From positions 1 to 47,542 of the forward strand of contig NW_021835812.1 in NCBI RefSeq assembly GCF_006345805.1: 47,542 nucleotides of DNA, written 5' to 3'. Below, piece by piece: positions 1-12,591 of this stretch; positions within the stretch are counted from its first letter, which is position 1, and every line of letters begins with the position of its first letter. This DNA comes from Octopus sinensis. Taxonomy: Eukaryota. The translations under genes and the position numbers were made by a program. The notes under the pieces are model-generated. The model made no database searches. It was given only the letters and a program-made list of their open reading frames with translations, and had not been told where the DNA came from.

Positions 1-219
1 GAAGTAGCATGAAACGATTGTACTACTCTACCTTTGATATCTTTGTTGCTTATTTTTGATTATAATCACCCCATTTGATTTATATGGATATACCATACTA
101 AATTCTGGTGCCTTTAACTTAAGTACTATATTCATCGGAATCTAAATTTTTGCTGAACTTATATATATATATATATATATTATTAATATATATATATAGC
201 AATATATATATATACATAA

Positions 220-269
<50 letters not shown>

Positions 270-274
270 TGCAA

Positions 275-577
275 TACAAAGTATCGCCTTCCAGTAGATT
301 TCGTCTTGGTATATGCTTGGCTGATGAAGGTAAAACAAAATATGGGTGAGAGACATATCTTGTAAAACCTGAACCTGCAGGTCCCACATTGTCCTTTTCC
401 GGGTGTTTCATATTTCAGATGTTCTCCCTGGAGGTAAGACGGTTTTTTTTACTCTAGTTTGTTGCACACACCGCATTTGCTAATACATACGCGTGAAGCT
501 ACACATTACGTCGTATTTTTACGTTCGCTATTTCCAGTAAATCGGTACTTAGTTGTGCCATTTATTTACTAATTTGT
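275..577 (+). mobile_element. PLE-like non-autonomous fragment between (AT)n tracts, carrying a degenerate hammerhead-like module (318-386)
   Basis: TGG-CTGATGA-AGGT...ACCT-GAA-CCTGCAG-GTC-CCA; stem I tgg/cca, stem II AGGT/ACCT, palindrome ACCTGCAGGT; one A missing from GAAA; (AT)n on both sides. Confidence 0.45.
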
Positions 578-684
578 ATATATAATATATAATATATATA
601 TATTATATATAATATTCATATATATATCGAGAGAGAGAGAGGATGTGTGTGTGCGTGTGTGTGTGTATGTGTGTGTTTGTTTGT

Positions 685-893
685 GCCAGTGTTTGTCCCC
701 CACCATCCCTTGACAACCGATGTTGGTAGGTTTACGTCTCCATAACATAGCGGTTCGGGAAAGAGACCGATTGAATATTTACTAGGCTTACAAAGAATAA
801 ATCTTGGGGTCGATTTGTTCGACTAAAACCCTTCGAGGCGGTACCCCAGCATGGGCGCAGTCAAATGACTGAAACAATTAAAAAGATAAAATA
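685..893 (+). mobile_element. SINE family A, 3' half only
   Basis: tgtttgtcccc...cttgacaaccgatg...ggcttacaaagaataa...cagcatgggcgcagtcaaatgactgaaac matches the tails at 10860-11050, 39530-39705 and 46190-46380. Confidence 0.8.
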
Positions 894-939
894 TTAAAGA
901 TACATCTCAGCATCGGAAATCCATTTTTTGAACGCATAC

Positions 940-1408
940 GCGTGTGCACAGACACATACGCACACACACACGTACACACACGCGCGCACACACACACGTA
1001 CACACACACGCTCACACTTACATATACACATACACATACACATACACACACGCACAATCACATACACGCGCCTACGCTCACACACAAACAGACACACACG
1101 TACACGCACACACACACACACACACAAACACACACATACACAAACACGTACATACACACACACGTACGCATGCACAATATACGTACGTGCACACATAGGT
1201 ACACAAACACGCACACACACTCACACAAGCAGGCATACACATACACACACGTACACACACGTACACACACATATACACGTACGTACACACAGGCATACAC
1301 AGACACACACATACACCTATACACACGTACGCACACACACATACACGAACGTACACACAGGTACATACACACACCTTCACATAGTCCCCCCCCACACACA
1401 CACACATA
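940..1408. repeat. Degenerate (CA)n/(TACA)n compound microsatellite
   Basis: Direct inspection; source of the HTHT/VCVC pseudo-ORFs. Confidence 0.95.
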
Positions 1409-1928
1409 CTTTTCAGTAATAATCTTCCTCTTTTTTTTATGTTTCGATTCCGTCCTCCTCTTTTAATCGTAGCATCAATCCCCATCTCTTCATTTGATAT
1501 TCTCTTGCAGATAAACCCTTTCCACATTTCTCCGCCCCCCCTTTCTGGCCCTTTCTGGTCCTCTCTCAAACACAGTTTCCTTAATATTCATTTCTTTCTC
1601 TCCTTCCTGCGAAGGAGCCTCTGCTAGATTGCTTCACTGAGAAATAACAGTCAAACAGCCCTCGAATGATATCCTACTCTCATAGACAAAGAATGATATT
1701 CTGGGTAAACTAATCTTTGATATCTCTGAAAAGACGGGATGGTCACGTTTCGATTATCTTTCAGCATGGCGGCTCTGATGCATCACAACTGACCTGGGAC
1801 GTACAACTGTCTCTCTCTCTTCCTCTCTTCTTCCCCACTCCGCCTTTCTCTTTCTGTCGTTTCCTATATGTGTGTGTATGCGTCTGCTGTGTGCGCAGTG
1901 TGTATGCGTATGTGTGTATGCATGTGTG

Positions 1929-1929
<1 letters not shown>

Positions 1930-1980
<51 letters not shown>

Positions 1981-1982
1981 GA
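1930..1982. repeat. (GA)n microsatellite
   Basis: Direct inspection. Confidence 0.95.
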
Positions 1983-3098
1983 GTTAGTGAAGCACAATAT
2001 TAAATATAATGGCGTTGCTGTCGTTGCCTTAATCGGGGACCAATGGTGAAATCGGATTGGCCAGTGTTGAATGCATAATGCGTGGATATATATAAACGAA
2101 AGTGTACGTCGAAGCGGGGGGGGGGTAGTGGGAAAGAGAGAGAGAGAGAGACAGAGAAAGTGCGAGAGAGAGCGTGAAGCAATAGAGTTCAGAGAGTACA
2201 CAGTACTCCACCCTGAATGATGGATTACACGAGTAATCAGGAAAGAGCAAGCAAACAAAGTCTTTTTCTTTAGTAGTGATGAAATTATTTTCTAAATTCA
2301 TTCTGAGACGAATTCTAAAACTGCCCCTTTTTTTTCCTTTTTTTTATCTGAACCCGTCTGTTTGTGGAATTTGTGTTTTGTTTTCATTTTCCCCAATTTT
2401 CTCACTCCTTATGGCAGACGTATTAAATAATATTTTATATCCAAATTTTTTATTGCTTGAACCAAAATACACAGCACACAAATTCATAATTAATTTCAAT
2501 CTCGTTTTAACATCATTGATTTAATTAGTTATTTCGTCTCACAAACTTGTTGTAGCATGTCGTATTTTACCATCCAATAGTCAGCCATATCTTGTCTTCA
2601 TTCTAAAAAAAAAAAAAGAAAACACTGGTATCACGATTCCATGGTATGGAATGTCTTGGTTGATTTCTTCTCCTTGCTCATTATTTACTGTACCAAGATT
2701 TTCTAAACCGAAACCCAAATGAGAATTAGGGGAATGTATTTTTAGCTTCAACCGAGGCTCCTATTTATTTTTTATTTGTCTTTTGCAACCATGAATAAAG
2801 TTCTTCAGTATGAAGGGTACTTGCTATCCAGTAGGAAGTCTATCAAGTTTTAAATAACAATAAATCAAGGTTTTGTTCAAATATTTCATAAAAACAAAAA
2901 CAGAAAGAAAAAAAAAGGAAAACCTCGCAGACTTTTGATTCAACAACATTTCCTGATTTTAACTTTTCCACACTCACATTCGAGATTTTCTCTTTTACAG
3001 ACACTGCAATAATTCTGGATTGATGTTACCATTTTCTGCAACAAACGTTTTCAGAAAACTAAGTTTCACATATAAGATGTGGAAGAAATACCTCCTTC

Positions 3099-3242
3099 AA
3101 AGGCGGCGAGCTGGCAGAAACGTTGGCACGCCGGGCGAAGTGCTTAGCGGTATTTCGCCTGTCTTTACGCTCCGAGTTCAAATTCCGCCTAGGTCGACTT
3201 TGCCTTTCATCCTTTCGGGGTCGATTAATTAAGTACCAGTTC
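3099..3242 (+). mobile_element. SINE family B (tRNA-like head plus conserved gactttgcctttcatcctttcggggtcgat domain), 3'-truncated
   Basis: aaggcggcgagctggcagaaacgtt...gagttcaaattccgcc B-box; many copies in window. Confidence 0.85.
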
Positions 3243-3272
3243 CGCGCTCTTAACCACTACGCCCACGGCATA

Positions 3273-3516
3273 TGGCATAGTGGTTAAAAGCGCGGGCTAC
3301 TAACCTTGAGTTCGATTCCAGGCAGTGACCCGAATAATAATAATAATAATAAGAAGAAGAAGAAGAATATTGAAAAATACCTTAGGAATGAGAACCCAGG
3401 TTCGAAATTTTCCCAAGGCACCAGATGAAGGCTGGGGGGTATATCAGCCGAAACGTTGTGTCAACAACAAACAAGATGAGGACAAATATCCGTCAAATGT
3501 AAATAATGTAAATAAT
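3273..3516 (+). mobile_element. Composite element: tRNA-like head + (AAT)n + hammerhead-bearing PLE-like tail
   Basis: A-box-like tggcatagtggtt, B-box gagttcgattcc, (AAT/AAG)n, then GGCAC-CAGATGA-A-GGCTG..CAGCC-GAAA-CG-TT-GTGTC at 3417-3462. Confidence 0.6.
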
Positions 3517-3849
3517 GCCTTCTTCGGTTATGTATTGAGGAATTTGCAGAAAGAGAAGCCCCACAGCCAGTTGTACATTGACCAACGTCTGTTTCATCCT
3601 CTGTTCAATTTAATCAATCATTTAAGGGGAAGAACGGCCCAAGACAGATAAAAGAAAAAAAATACAACACTTAAGAACTGGTGGGGGTTACATCCAAAGG
3701 AAATCAACAACGATAAAAAGAACCGATGCACATACAAAAATTCAAAAAATATCCAACAACAAAAGAATAAATAACAATTTCTGAAAGACCAGCACTTTTT
3801 AGTGGGTGGTGGTCAGTAGATACGAACGACGCTTCCTGTTTGGTTGGTA

Positions 3850-4010
3850 CTTTACTTTATCCATCCCATCAGATGAAAGGCGAGATTTGAACTCGGAATG
3901 CAAAGCACTGGGAAAATATTGCAAGGAATTTTGTTCGACACTCCTAAGATTCTGCCAATAATGGCGACAAGGGTAGGATAAGTCAGCCGCGATGGTAACG
4001 GTGGTGGGGG
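3850..4010 (-). mobile_element. Degenerate SINE family B
   Basis: tggtactt...gatgaaaggcgagatttgaactcgga...gattctgcca resembles reverse complement of family B. Confidence 0.55.
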
Positions 4011-4148
4011 GGGAGGGGCGTAATTGGCACTAAATTCTCTCATAATCTCTTATTGAAGAAGAAATATTGTCAACGTCGACGAGGAATTACTGCAAAATAA
4101 AGAATTTAGCTGGTTATTGTGTTGTCAGAGAGAAAACGAGGAAGAGGT

Positions 4149-4149
4149 G

Positions 4150-4185
<36 letters not shown>

Positions 4186-4221
4186 AAGAGGGAGAGAGAA
4201 AGAGAGAGAGAAAGAGGGAAG

Positions 4222-4260
<39 letters not shown>
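4149..4260. repeat. (GA)n compound microsatellite
   Basis: Direct inspection. Confidence 0.95.
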
Positions 4261-4264
<4 letters not shown>

Positions 4265-4733
4265 CGAGAGGTTTTTGGGAAGAGGGGACCGTTCCCATAG
4301 AACTGGCTGATTATTTATGGGTGGCACAGCTTTTTACATTTTCATTCACAATGACTAGAGTCCGTTGTCATTTGTCAATCTACACAGTTGCATATGCGTA
4401 CATATGTACATATATACATATCCATATATAATATAGCATATATATATATATATATAAAATATGATTTAATATATATGAGTGTGTGTGTGTATATGAATCA
4501 AGACACACGTGTTGAAAGTAAGACATCCGGTATATGTGTCTTGAGGAGACAATAATCACAGAAATGGTCCCTGAGTATTTAGTCATCAGTTAAAATGTTC
4601 ACAGCTACGATGACCAGAAGTCGACATGATTAATTGAGATCAAGCATAAAGAACACTGAAATACGCACAGGAGAAATAAACGCTAAAATAAAACCTATGT
4701 ATGTGGGTGCGGATGTATAGTAAGCATATAAAC

Positions 4734-4734
<1 letters not shown>

Positions 4735-4802
<68 letters not shown>

Positions 4803-5033
4803 CTATCTATCTAGCTAGCTAGCTAGCTAGCTATCTATCTCCTCTACGTATACACACACATACATATATATATACATATATATGTAATATATCTATATAT
4901 ATATAATATATATATATATATCATATATATAATGTATATATATATATTATATATATATATATATCTATATTAGTATATATAATATATGTAAGTGTGTGTA
5001 TACGTATATACATACATATATGTATGTATATAC

Positions 5034-5065
<32 letters not shown>

Positions 5066-5102
5066 GTATGTATATATGTGTGTGTGTGGTGTGTGTGTGT
5101 GT
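4735..5102. repeat. (TATC)n/(CTAG)n followed by (AT)n/(GT)n microsatellites
   Basis: Direct inspection. Confidence 0.9.
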
Positions 5103-7009
5103 ATAGTTGAAAAATATCGCTATAGGTATAAATATACCATAAATTATAGAAAAATGTAGGAGAAAAAGATGTTACATCAAAATTAGACTTAATACAAATT
5201 GGATTCAATACACATGCACGTTTCAAAGGACAATACAATAAGGGAGAATACAAAGGGGGTAATAGGGAAAAACCAGATATTTACAAGCAAGTTGTAAAAG
5301 GGATAAAATAATAATAGTAGTGAGAAAAACAAAAGAGAAAAACTACAGACATATCAATGTGTATGCACGTCTATATGTGCAGTAAACTATAAAATAAAAA
5401 TGAGAATAAAAATCTAACGAATATGTTTTTAAAAATGGTAACGGGTCGAGACGAAGTGTAATGTAAACAGGGCCACGTATGTATAGTAGAATATAACGTA
5501 ACAGGTGCACTAGTAGAGAAAAGCCACAGGGAGTTATACATATATTAATATTGAAAAACGAATATATATATATATAGTAAACAGTAACACAGTAAAAAAT
5601 TATCTGAAAGACACTTGATATATTCAAATAGTGTATGGTTGTTTTGCATCGAAAAAACTGATAGTGACTTCGAAGTTTTGGCATGAATATTTCTGTCAGA
5701 ACATCTGACTTAAGTCAATGACGATCGAAACTTCGAGATCAGAATCAAACTTTTCTGCGAAAGTACACGTGTGTGTAGTTGTGTGTCTTTGTGTGTGTGT
5801 GAATGTGTGCGTGTGCGTGTATGTATGCGTGCGTGTATGTACATGAGTGTATACGCTTGTGAGCTCGCGTGTTTGTGTATGAGAATGATCGAGAAAATGA
5901 AGAGAATGAAATTCAAAGTATCATATTTTCTGTGATGTTGAAGAGTCAAGTTCCCGATTCTTCATAAAACTATTTAGTGATGCTGATTTAAGAATTATAT
6001 TTGGTATCAATTTGTAGGTCACCATCGATGCTTTATCTTGCCTGTTTATACCTGTTCAAAAGTTTCCCTGAAGATGGTGGATTTGTGTAATGATGTAATC
6101 TATGAGTAAATCCTTAAAATTCTACAGAAACATCTGTCCTAAGTTATGGACGTCCGGTTCATTTTGTACCTGACCCGCAAACCAGAACAAGCTCCGAGTC
6201 AAACCGACGGAATAAACTGGATTTGGTACTTACATACCTGCGGAATACTACTAACACATGATAGCTCATGGCTGTTTATGGTACCTAGCTAGTTCTGGCG
6301 TCTTACCTGTTGGTGTGCTAAGATTTTAATGAACCATCTAACTAATCGAGATATACTTTAAATGTATCTCTACTGAAAATCTGTCCCTACTGAAAATCTA
6401 ATGAAATATCATTTTCCGCAAATGACAATTTTAATCACCTAACCATAATTCTACGGAATTTGGTTTTTAATATCAAAAAGTATCTTTCTCTGAGGAAGAT
6501 ATCTTTTGCAGTGCTTCTCAGCATTTCAATAATTTATGAAGTTGTGGTTATTCATTTAAAACTAAGAATATTAAACATCGCACTCAACCCACCACAGATT
6601 AAGAAAAGCACTTGAAATATCCCCTGGTACAATCCAGATTTCAGTTTGAAAGTAAATACAAATACCACCAAAGACTATCTAACGTTTATATTCTTTTCCA
6701 CTTCCGACAAAACCACAAATTTTATAAGACCATAGAGCTGACTGAGGGCTACGAAACGATATGTTGATGCCCAACAGAGATTCGAGTTTAATTTTCATTC
6801 ACATTAATGGACTAACATCTCTTTATTGATATAAGACGAATTCGAATTGTTTAAAATCGTGTGAACTGACACACACAAAAACACACACACACACACACTG
6901 ACACACACAAACACAAGCACATATGCGTGCGCGCTCTCGCATACATATGTAGCTTACATAAGATTTGGGCATTATAGAAGCTTTATTGAAATATAGATGC
7001 GTATAATTC

Positions 7010-7160
7010 CTCGGACAATCCGATGATGGCTTAGTTGGCCGAAACTTCGGAGTTACTGTTAATATTCTTCATAAAATTTGTACTCAACAAAAATGCTGAG
7101 TAATTCTTAATGTGAAATTATCTCACTCATAACTTACAACTTAACTTAAAATCACACATT
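7010..7160 (+). mobile_element. PLE-like 3' fragment with degenerate hammerhead-like core, ending in (AT)n
   Basis: ccgatgat-ggc-ttagttg-gcc-gaaac-ttcggag, then about 110 nt, then (AT)n; core imperfect. Confidence 0.3.
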
Positions 7161-7161
7161 A

Positions 7162-7192
<31 letters not shown>

Positions 7193-7379
7193 TATATATA
7201 TATATATATATATTATATATTATATATAACACACGCACACATATCACACACACACATATATATATATACAGATATGAGTGTGTGTCTGCATGTGTGTATA
7301 CATATATGTATGTGTGTATGTATATATATGTATACACACACACATATATACATACATGTGTATGTATGTAAATGTATAG

Positions 7380-7410
<31 letters not shown>

Positions 7411-7451
7411 TATACGTATACATATGTATATGCATACACATACACACACGC

Positions 7452-7482
<31 letters not shown>

Positions 7483-7515
7483 TATATATATATATATACA
7501 CATACATATATACAT
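7160..7515. repeat. (AT)n/(CA)n compound microsatellite
   Basis: Direct inspection. Confidence 0.9.
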
Positions 7516-7875
7516 GTGAATGTTCGTATATGTAGGGAGCAGATTGTTGATGTGTGCCAGTGTGCCAGCGGAGTGTATTTTCCATGAGGAGTTTCTGTAT
7601 TCAATCGTTTGTGGCAAACTGTCTCTTCACTTAATCGCTACTCCGAGTTTTCTGTCGGTCAATCAATCGATGACTAATCCACGTGATGGTCAACAGGAAG
7701 TGAGAGAAATAGTGAGGGACAAGGTGTGTAAATATCAGATAGATGTGTTGCATCGATTAAAGGAGTTTTGACAAATGGAGTACCTCCATGGGGCGAATAA
7801 CCAATGTGGAATGGCAAGTGTCTCCATTCGACAGAAATTTGAAATAGACGGAAGGAGACAGAGATTGTTAGTGAA

Positions 7876-8112
7876 ATGTGTGTGTGTGTGTGTGTTGTGT
7901 GTACACTTGTGTGTGTGTGGTACGAGTGGGTACATTTGTGTGTGTGTGTATATGTCTGTGTGTGGTATGTGAGTTTGTGCGGTATGAGTGGGTGCGTTTG
8001 TGTGTGTGTATGTGTGTGTGTGTGTATGTATGTGTGCATGTGTGCGTGCGCGTGTGTGTCTGTGCGTGTGCGTGTGTGTGTGTGGTGTGTGTGTGTGTGT
8101 GTGTGTGTGTGT
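7876..8112. repeat. Degenerate (GT)n microsatellite
   Basis: Direct inspection. Confidence 0.9.
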
Positions 8113-8327
8113 GGAGAATGGCGTTAAGACAAAGAGAAAGGATGGATGTAGCAGAGGCTGAGATTGAGAATTGGAAGAGGTGTGGCTTTTGTGAAACCAC
8201 AACCTTAATTCATGGCCTAATTTTAATAAGGGGCGTTCACCTATTCTATTACTGGATGGGACCTACACAACCAAATGACATTCACAGACACGCGCGCACA
8301 CACACAGTCACACGCATACACATGTAC

Positions 8328-8363
<36 letters not shown>

Positions 8364-8499
8364 AATTCCAATATACATATAATCAGATGTGAACACATCA
8401 CACACATACTAACGCGCACGAACGCACACACACTAACATACATATTCACATTACAAACCTTTTCAACTAAACATGTGGACGTTAACAGGAGCAACAATA

Positions 8500-8545
<46 letters not shown>

Positions 8546-8688
8546 ATATACTGAGAGAAAGAGGAAGACGAAGACATGTTATAGACATACATTTTTACTA
8601 GAACGCAAATACCATTGTCTCCGACACTTTATGTACGTCAGCATATCAAGGACATTTTATATACGCATACAGTCTTCGTGTGTGTTAA

Positions 8689-8720
<32 letters not shown>

Positions 8721-9065
8721 GTATTGCTTTACGTTGCTCGGTTGAGGTTATTATTGGGCCACGGCCTTGAAATTTTTTCCTCGTTCATATCGATTCTAGT
8801 ACGCATCTTTTAAAGTCTGTATTTTAGTAAAGAATATTTAGTACACCTTTAGTGAGAGAGAAAGAGAGAGAGAGAGAGAGACATGGCAATACATAGAACG
8901 ATAAATGCGCACACACACGCATATATATATCATATATATATATATATAGATATAGTATATATATATATATATATATTACATAGATGTATTCATATACGAA
9001 ACATCGGAACTTTCATTGCTGGCTTAGTTTCTATAGAAAAAACTTTAAAAAGCGATATATATATA

Positions 9066-9215
9066 TAGTTGAAAATTACAGAAAAACAAAAGTCGAAGAC
9101 AGGTGTATAAACAGCAAGCAAGTGTAATAGTTTGACGCTCGGGAAGGTGAGAAAGTCTTTTACGTTTCGAGCCCACGCTCTTCAACAGAAAGGAACGCGA
9201 GGAAATGAACAGAGA
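9066..9215 (-). mobile_element. PLE-like terminal-repeat fragment with minimal hammerhead-like module (9157-9192), 3' end abutting (AT)n
   Basis: Minus strand CTTT-CTGTTGA-A-GAGC-GTGG-GCTC-GAAA-CG-TA-AAAG; homologous to 14042-14240 and 37172-37365. Confidence 0.65.
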
Positions 9216-9281
9216 GAGAGGGGGTTAGTGGTCAATCATGGTGCGTGCGTGTGTGTGTGTGTGTGTGTCTGTGTGCATACA

Positions 9282-9835
9282 CTAGCTGGATATTCTGTCT
9301 TTGACGGATAATTTTCACAACAGAATGTTTGGGTAAATTTTTGGCGTAACACCCCCACGTAAGTTGAAATTTTCTGTTTTGACGAAGATTTTTCAAATCG
9401 TTTTTCCACTTACACCCATACAAATGATAAGGGGAATATTCTTGCGGAAAATTTATTGAAAATTTATGAATTCTCCCCTCACTGCTGACCCATTTGTTCA
9501 ATTTGTCTCGCACTATGGCACTAAACAATGAGAGGCACCATTTCAGTAACGAAAAAAATAAAAGAAAATGTTTTGAAAATTTATGAATTCTTTCACCCTC
9601 CCTCTCAGTACCGATATTGGTTAAGTTTTTGTTTTACTCTACGCAGTTAAAACCGAAGGGTGAAGACTTGAAGGTTTTTTACAAAGAATTTGGAAATCGA
9701 AGAACATCATTACCACCCTCTCTTTAACCCCGCCTCACCATAAATCCTAACATTTCAGATTTTATCCCAAATATTTTTAAAATCATAGTTTTAAAATACG
9801 AACAGTCCGAGTCTGTAATTTGCTTCTGTTTATAA
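9282..9835 (-). mobile_element. Possible non-autonomous Helitron-like element
   Basis: Minus strand ends ccgtc-aaa-gacag hairpin, about 10 nt, CTAG then T; internal repeat gaaaatttatgaattct occurs twice; 5' end poorly defined. Confidence 0.35.
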
Positions 9836-10106
9836 TTTCAAAATAATTTTCAGACGAAAAGAGTGTGTGATTTAAAAGCGATTTAACTGTTGTTTCTAGC
9901 ACATTCTATGACTACCTGCTGTCTTACTCTTCTCTTTGTCACTCAATGTCCCTCCACCCATAAACGAATTTTCTGGAATGATTATGCAGTGGTCCCCAAC
10001 TGGTGTTAAGCAACAAGAGAAAAAGAATTGCGATTCAAATCTTTAGTATACCATCCCACACCAAGCGACTGTGTAAAAAAACCATTTACTGACAAAAAAT
10101 ATACTC

Positions 10107-10230
10107 TAGGCGCCGACGTAGCTGTGTGGTAAGAAGCTTGCTTCCCGACCGCATGGCTCCAGGTTCAGTTCACTGCGTGGCACCACGGCAATTGTCTTCT
10201 ACTGTAGCCTGGGGCCAATCAAAGCCTTGT
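10107..10230 (+). mobile_element. SINE family A, 5' part
   Basis: ggcgccgacgtagctgtgtggtaagaagcttgcttccc...caaagccttgtgagtggattt. Confidence 0.8.
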
Positions 10231-10647
10231 GAGTGGATTTTAAACGAATAAAACAATAAAGAATATTAAAATAAATGACCCTTTACATGCCTTTTATTAA
10301 ATCACTCCGTCGCGCAGATGAAATTCCTTACACACATGCATACACATGCAATGATAAACACCCACACACACACACACACACTCAGCGTGAGCGATATGCT
10401 TTGGTAGGGAGTGAGAAAAAGTGTGGTAAAAAAGGAATATAGAAGGGAGAAGCTTATAAGAAAAGCTGAAAAGGAGAGAGACAAATAATAAAAGATATTT
10501 TCTGTTGTCGACACAGATTTTTAAATTTTGAAATTGTGCGAAAATTTTCAGATTTGGTATCTTGATGTACATTTTTATGCTGAATCTGAGTTTGTAATTC
10601 ATTTATTCCAGAAACATTTTAGTAAAATGATGCAGGAGTGGCTGTGA

Positions 10648-11056
10648 TAGGCGCAGGAGTGGCTGTGTAGTAAGTAGCTTGCTTACCAACCACGTGGTGC
10701 CGAGTTCATTCCCACTGCGTGGCACCATGGGCAAGTGTCTTCTACTATAGCCTCGAGCCGACCAAAGCCTTGTGGGTGGATTTGGTAGACAGAAACTGAA
10801 AGAAGCCCGTCGTATATATGTATATATATATGTATGTGTGTATATGTTTGTGTGTCTGTGTTTGTTCCGCCAACATCGCTTGACAACCGATGCTGGTGTG
10901 TTTATGTCCCCGTAACTTAGCGGTTCGGTAAAAGAGATTGATAGAATAGGCTTACAAAGAATAAGTCCTGCGGTCGATTTACTCGACTGAAGGCGGTGCC
11001 CCAGCATGGCCGCAGTCAAGTGAGTGAAACAAGTAAGGGAGAAAAAAAGAGTAAAG
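10648..11056 (+). mobile_element. SINE family A, full length (tRNA-like head, internal AT/GT tract, 3' tail)
   Basis: aggcgcaggagtggctgtg...gaaagaagcccgtcg-(AT/GT)n-...cagcatggccgcagtcaagtgagtgaaac; short head duplication at 10631-10647. Confidence 0.9.
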
Positions 11057-11477
11057 CTTTAACGTTTGATCATTTCTAGCCAATCAGAAAACAAGATTTG
11101 TGCATAATAGTTGTCATAAAATGAAAATAAACATTAGAAGAGGAGGTTTTACGCAAAATGAAAGGAATACGTGAGAGTTAATACATATGCAATGAGAAAG
11201 AGTGACAGAAAGAATGGTAAATATATTCATATAGAGAGAGATGAATCGGTGATGAAAGACATTTATCGATCTAAATCTAAAATTTACGATATTCCTTGTG
11301 GAAATTATGTTTGTACTATTATATACCGATGACTTTTCTTTAGGAGGCAGATTTCGAAAATCAAATTCGTTTTCCTCGAGGACGCACCGTTTAAGAGACT
11401 TGGGTGGGGGGTTAAATATACTTACATAAATACATATACCGCATTTGCACACACACACGTACACACGCACACACATA

Positions 11478-11516
<39 letters not shown>

Positions 11517-11625
11517 GTATACATATATACAGGTATATATATGTTTATATATATTTGTATATAAATACACACACGCGCACACACACACATACATATATGC
11601 GTGTGTGTGTATATATATATATTTA

Positions 11626-11849
11626 AAAGCGGCGAGCTGGCAGAAACGTTAGCGTGCCGGGCGAAATGCTTAGCGGTATTTCGTCTGTCGTCACGTTCTG
11701 ATTTCAAATTCTGCCGAGGTCGACTTTGCCTTTCATCCTTTCGGGGTCGATAAGTTAAGTACCAGTTTCGCACTGGGATCGATGTAATCGACTTGATCTC
11801 TTTGTCTGTCCTTGTTTGTCCCCTCTGTTTAGCCCCTTGTGGACAGTAA
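11626..11849 (+). mobile_element. SINE family B, full length
   Basis: gcggcgagctggcagaaac...gtcgactttgcctttcatcctttcggggtcgataa...gccccttgtggacagtaaa. Confidence 0.9.
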
Positions 11850-11867
11850 ATATATATATATACATAC

Positions 11868-11942
<75 letters not shown>

Positions 11943-12192
11943 TATAATATATATATATATATGCGTATATGGATGTGTGTGTGTGTGTTTGTGTATATGT
12001 GTGTCTCTTTCTACGTGCGTATGTGTGTGTGTATGCATGTTTGTGTGCGTGCGTGTTTCTCCGCGGGTGTTTGTGTGTGAAACAGAATGTGCCAGAGAAA
12101 ATAAGGGACGGTCAACGGCTAGAATTTCGTTTACAATAAAAGTACTACCTCTTCAAGTGGTAAACAACAACAACAACAGCAAGAACAATAGT

Positions 12193-12591
12193 GGAGGCGC
12201 AATAGCCCAGTGGTTAGGGCAGCGGACTCGCGGTCGGAGAATCACGGTTTCGATTCCCAGACCGGGCGTTGTGTGTGTTTATTGAGCGAAAACACCTAAA
12301 GTTCCACGAGGCTCCGGCAGTGGGTGGTGGCGACCCCTGTTGTACTCTTTCGCTTCAACTTTCTCTACTCTTTCTTTCTGTTTCTTGTCCCCGATTTCCT
12401 ACGCAACCGCTGAGCCTGGATGCGCATTCATCCATCCGTCGATGCTCTCGGTGTCGGGCGTTGACCTGCTTTCTCTTCTGCGGGTCTTACGAATAGCAAA
12501 TGACCACCTTTCGGATCTTGCGAGCTCTGGGACGAAGACTGCTTCGCTCGACAGCAACAACAACAGCAACAGCAGCAGCAGTAACAACAAC
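12193..12591 (+). mobile_element. SINE family C (tRNA-like head, about 360 nt body, (CAA/CAG)n tail)
   Basis: A-box tagcccagtgg, B-box-like ggtttcgattcc; (CAA)n-like repeats upstream and downstream. Confidence 0.7.

Noticed and set aside
183-434. Protein-like ORFs and GT/AG-like sites near the window start
   Set aside because: No recognisable domain; better explained as an (AT)n-flanked element with a hammerhead-like module
6066-6140. CTGAAGA...GAAACATCTGTC as a hammerhead
   Set aside because: Stem I cannot be formed and stem II is doubtful
3273-12270. tRNA genes at 3273-3325 and 12193-12270
   Set aside because: A/B boxes are present, but there is no complete cloverleaf and they run into SINE bodies
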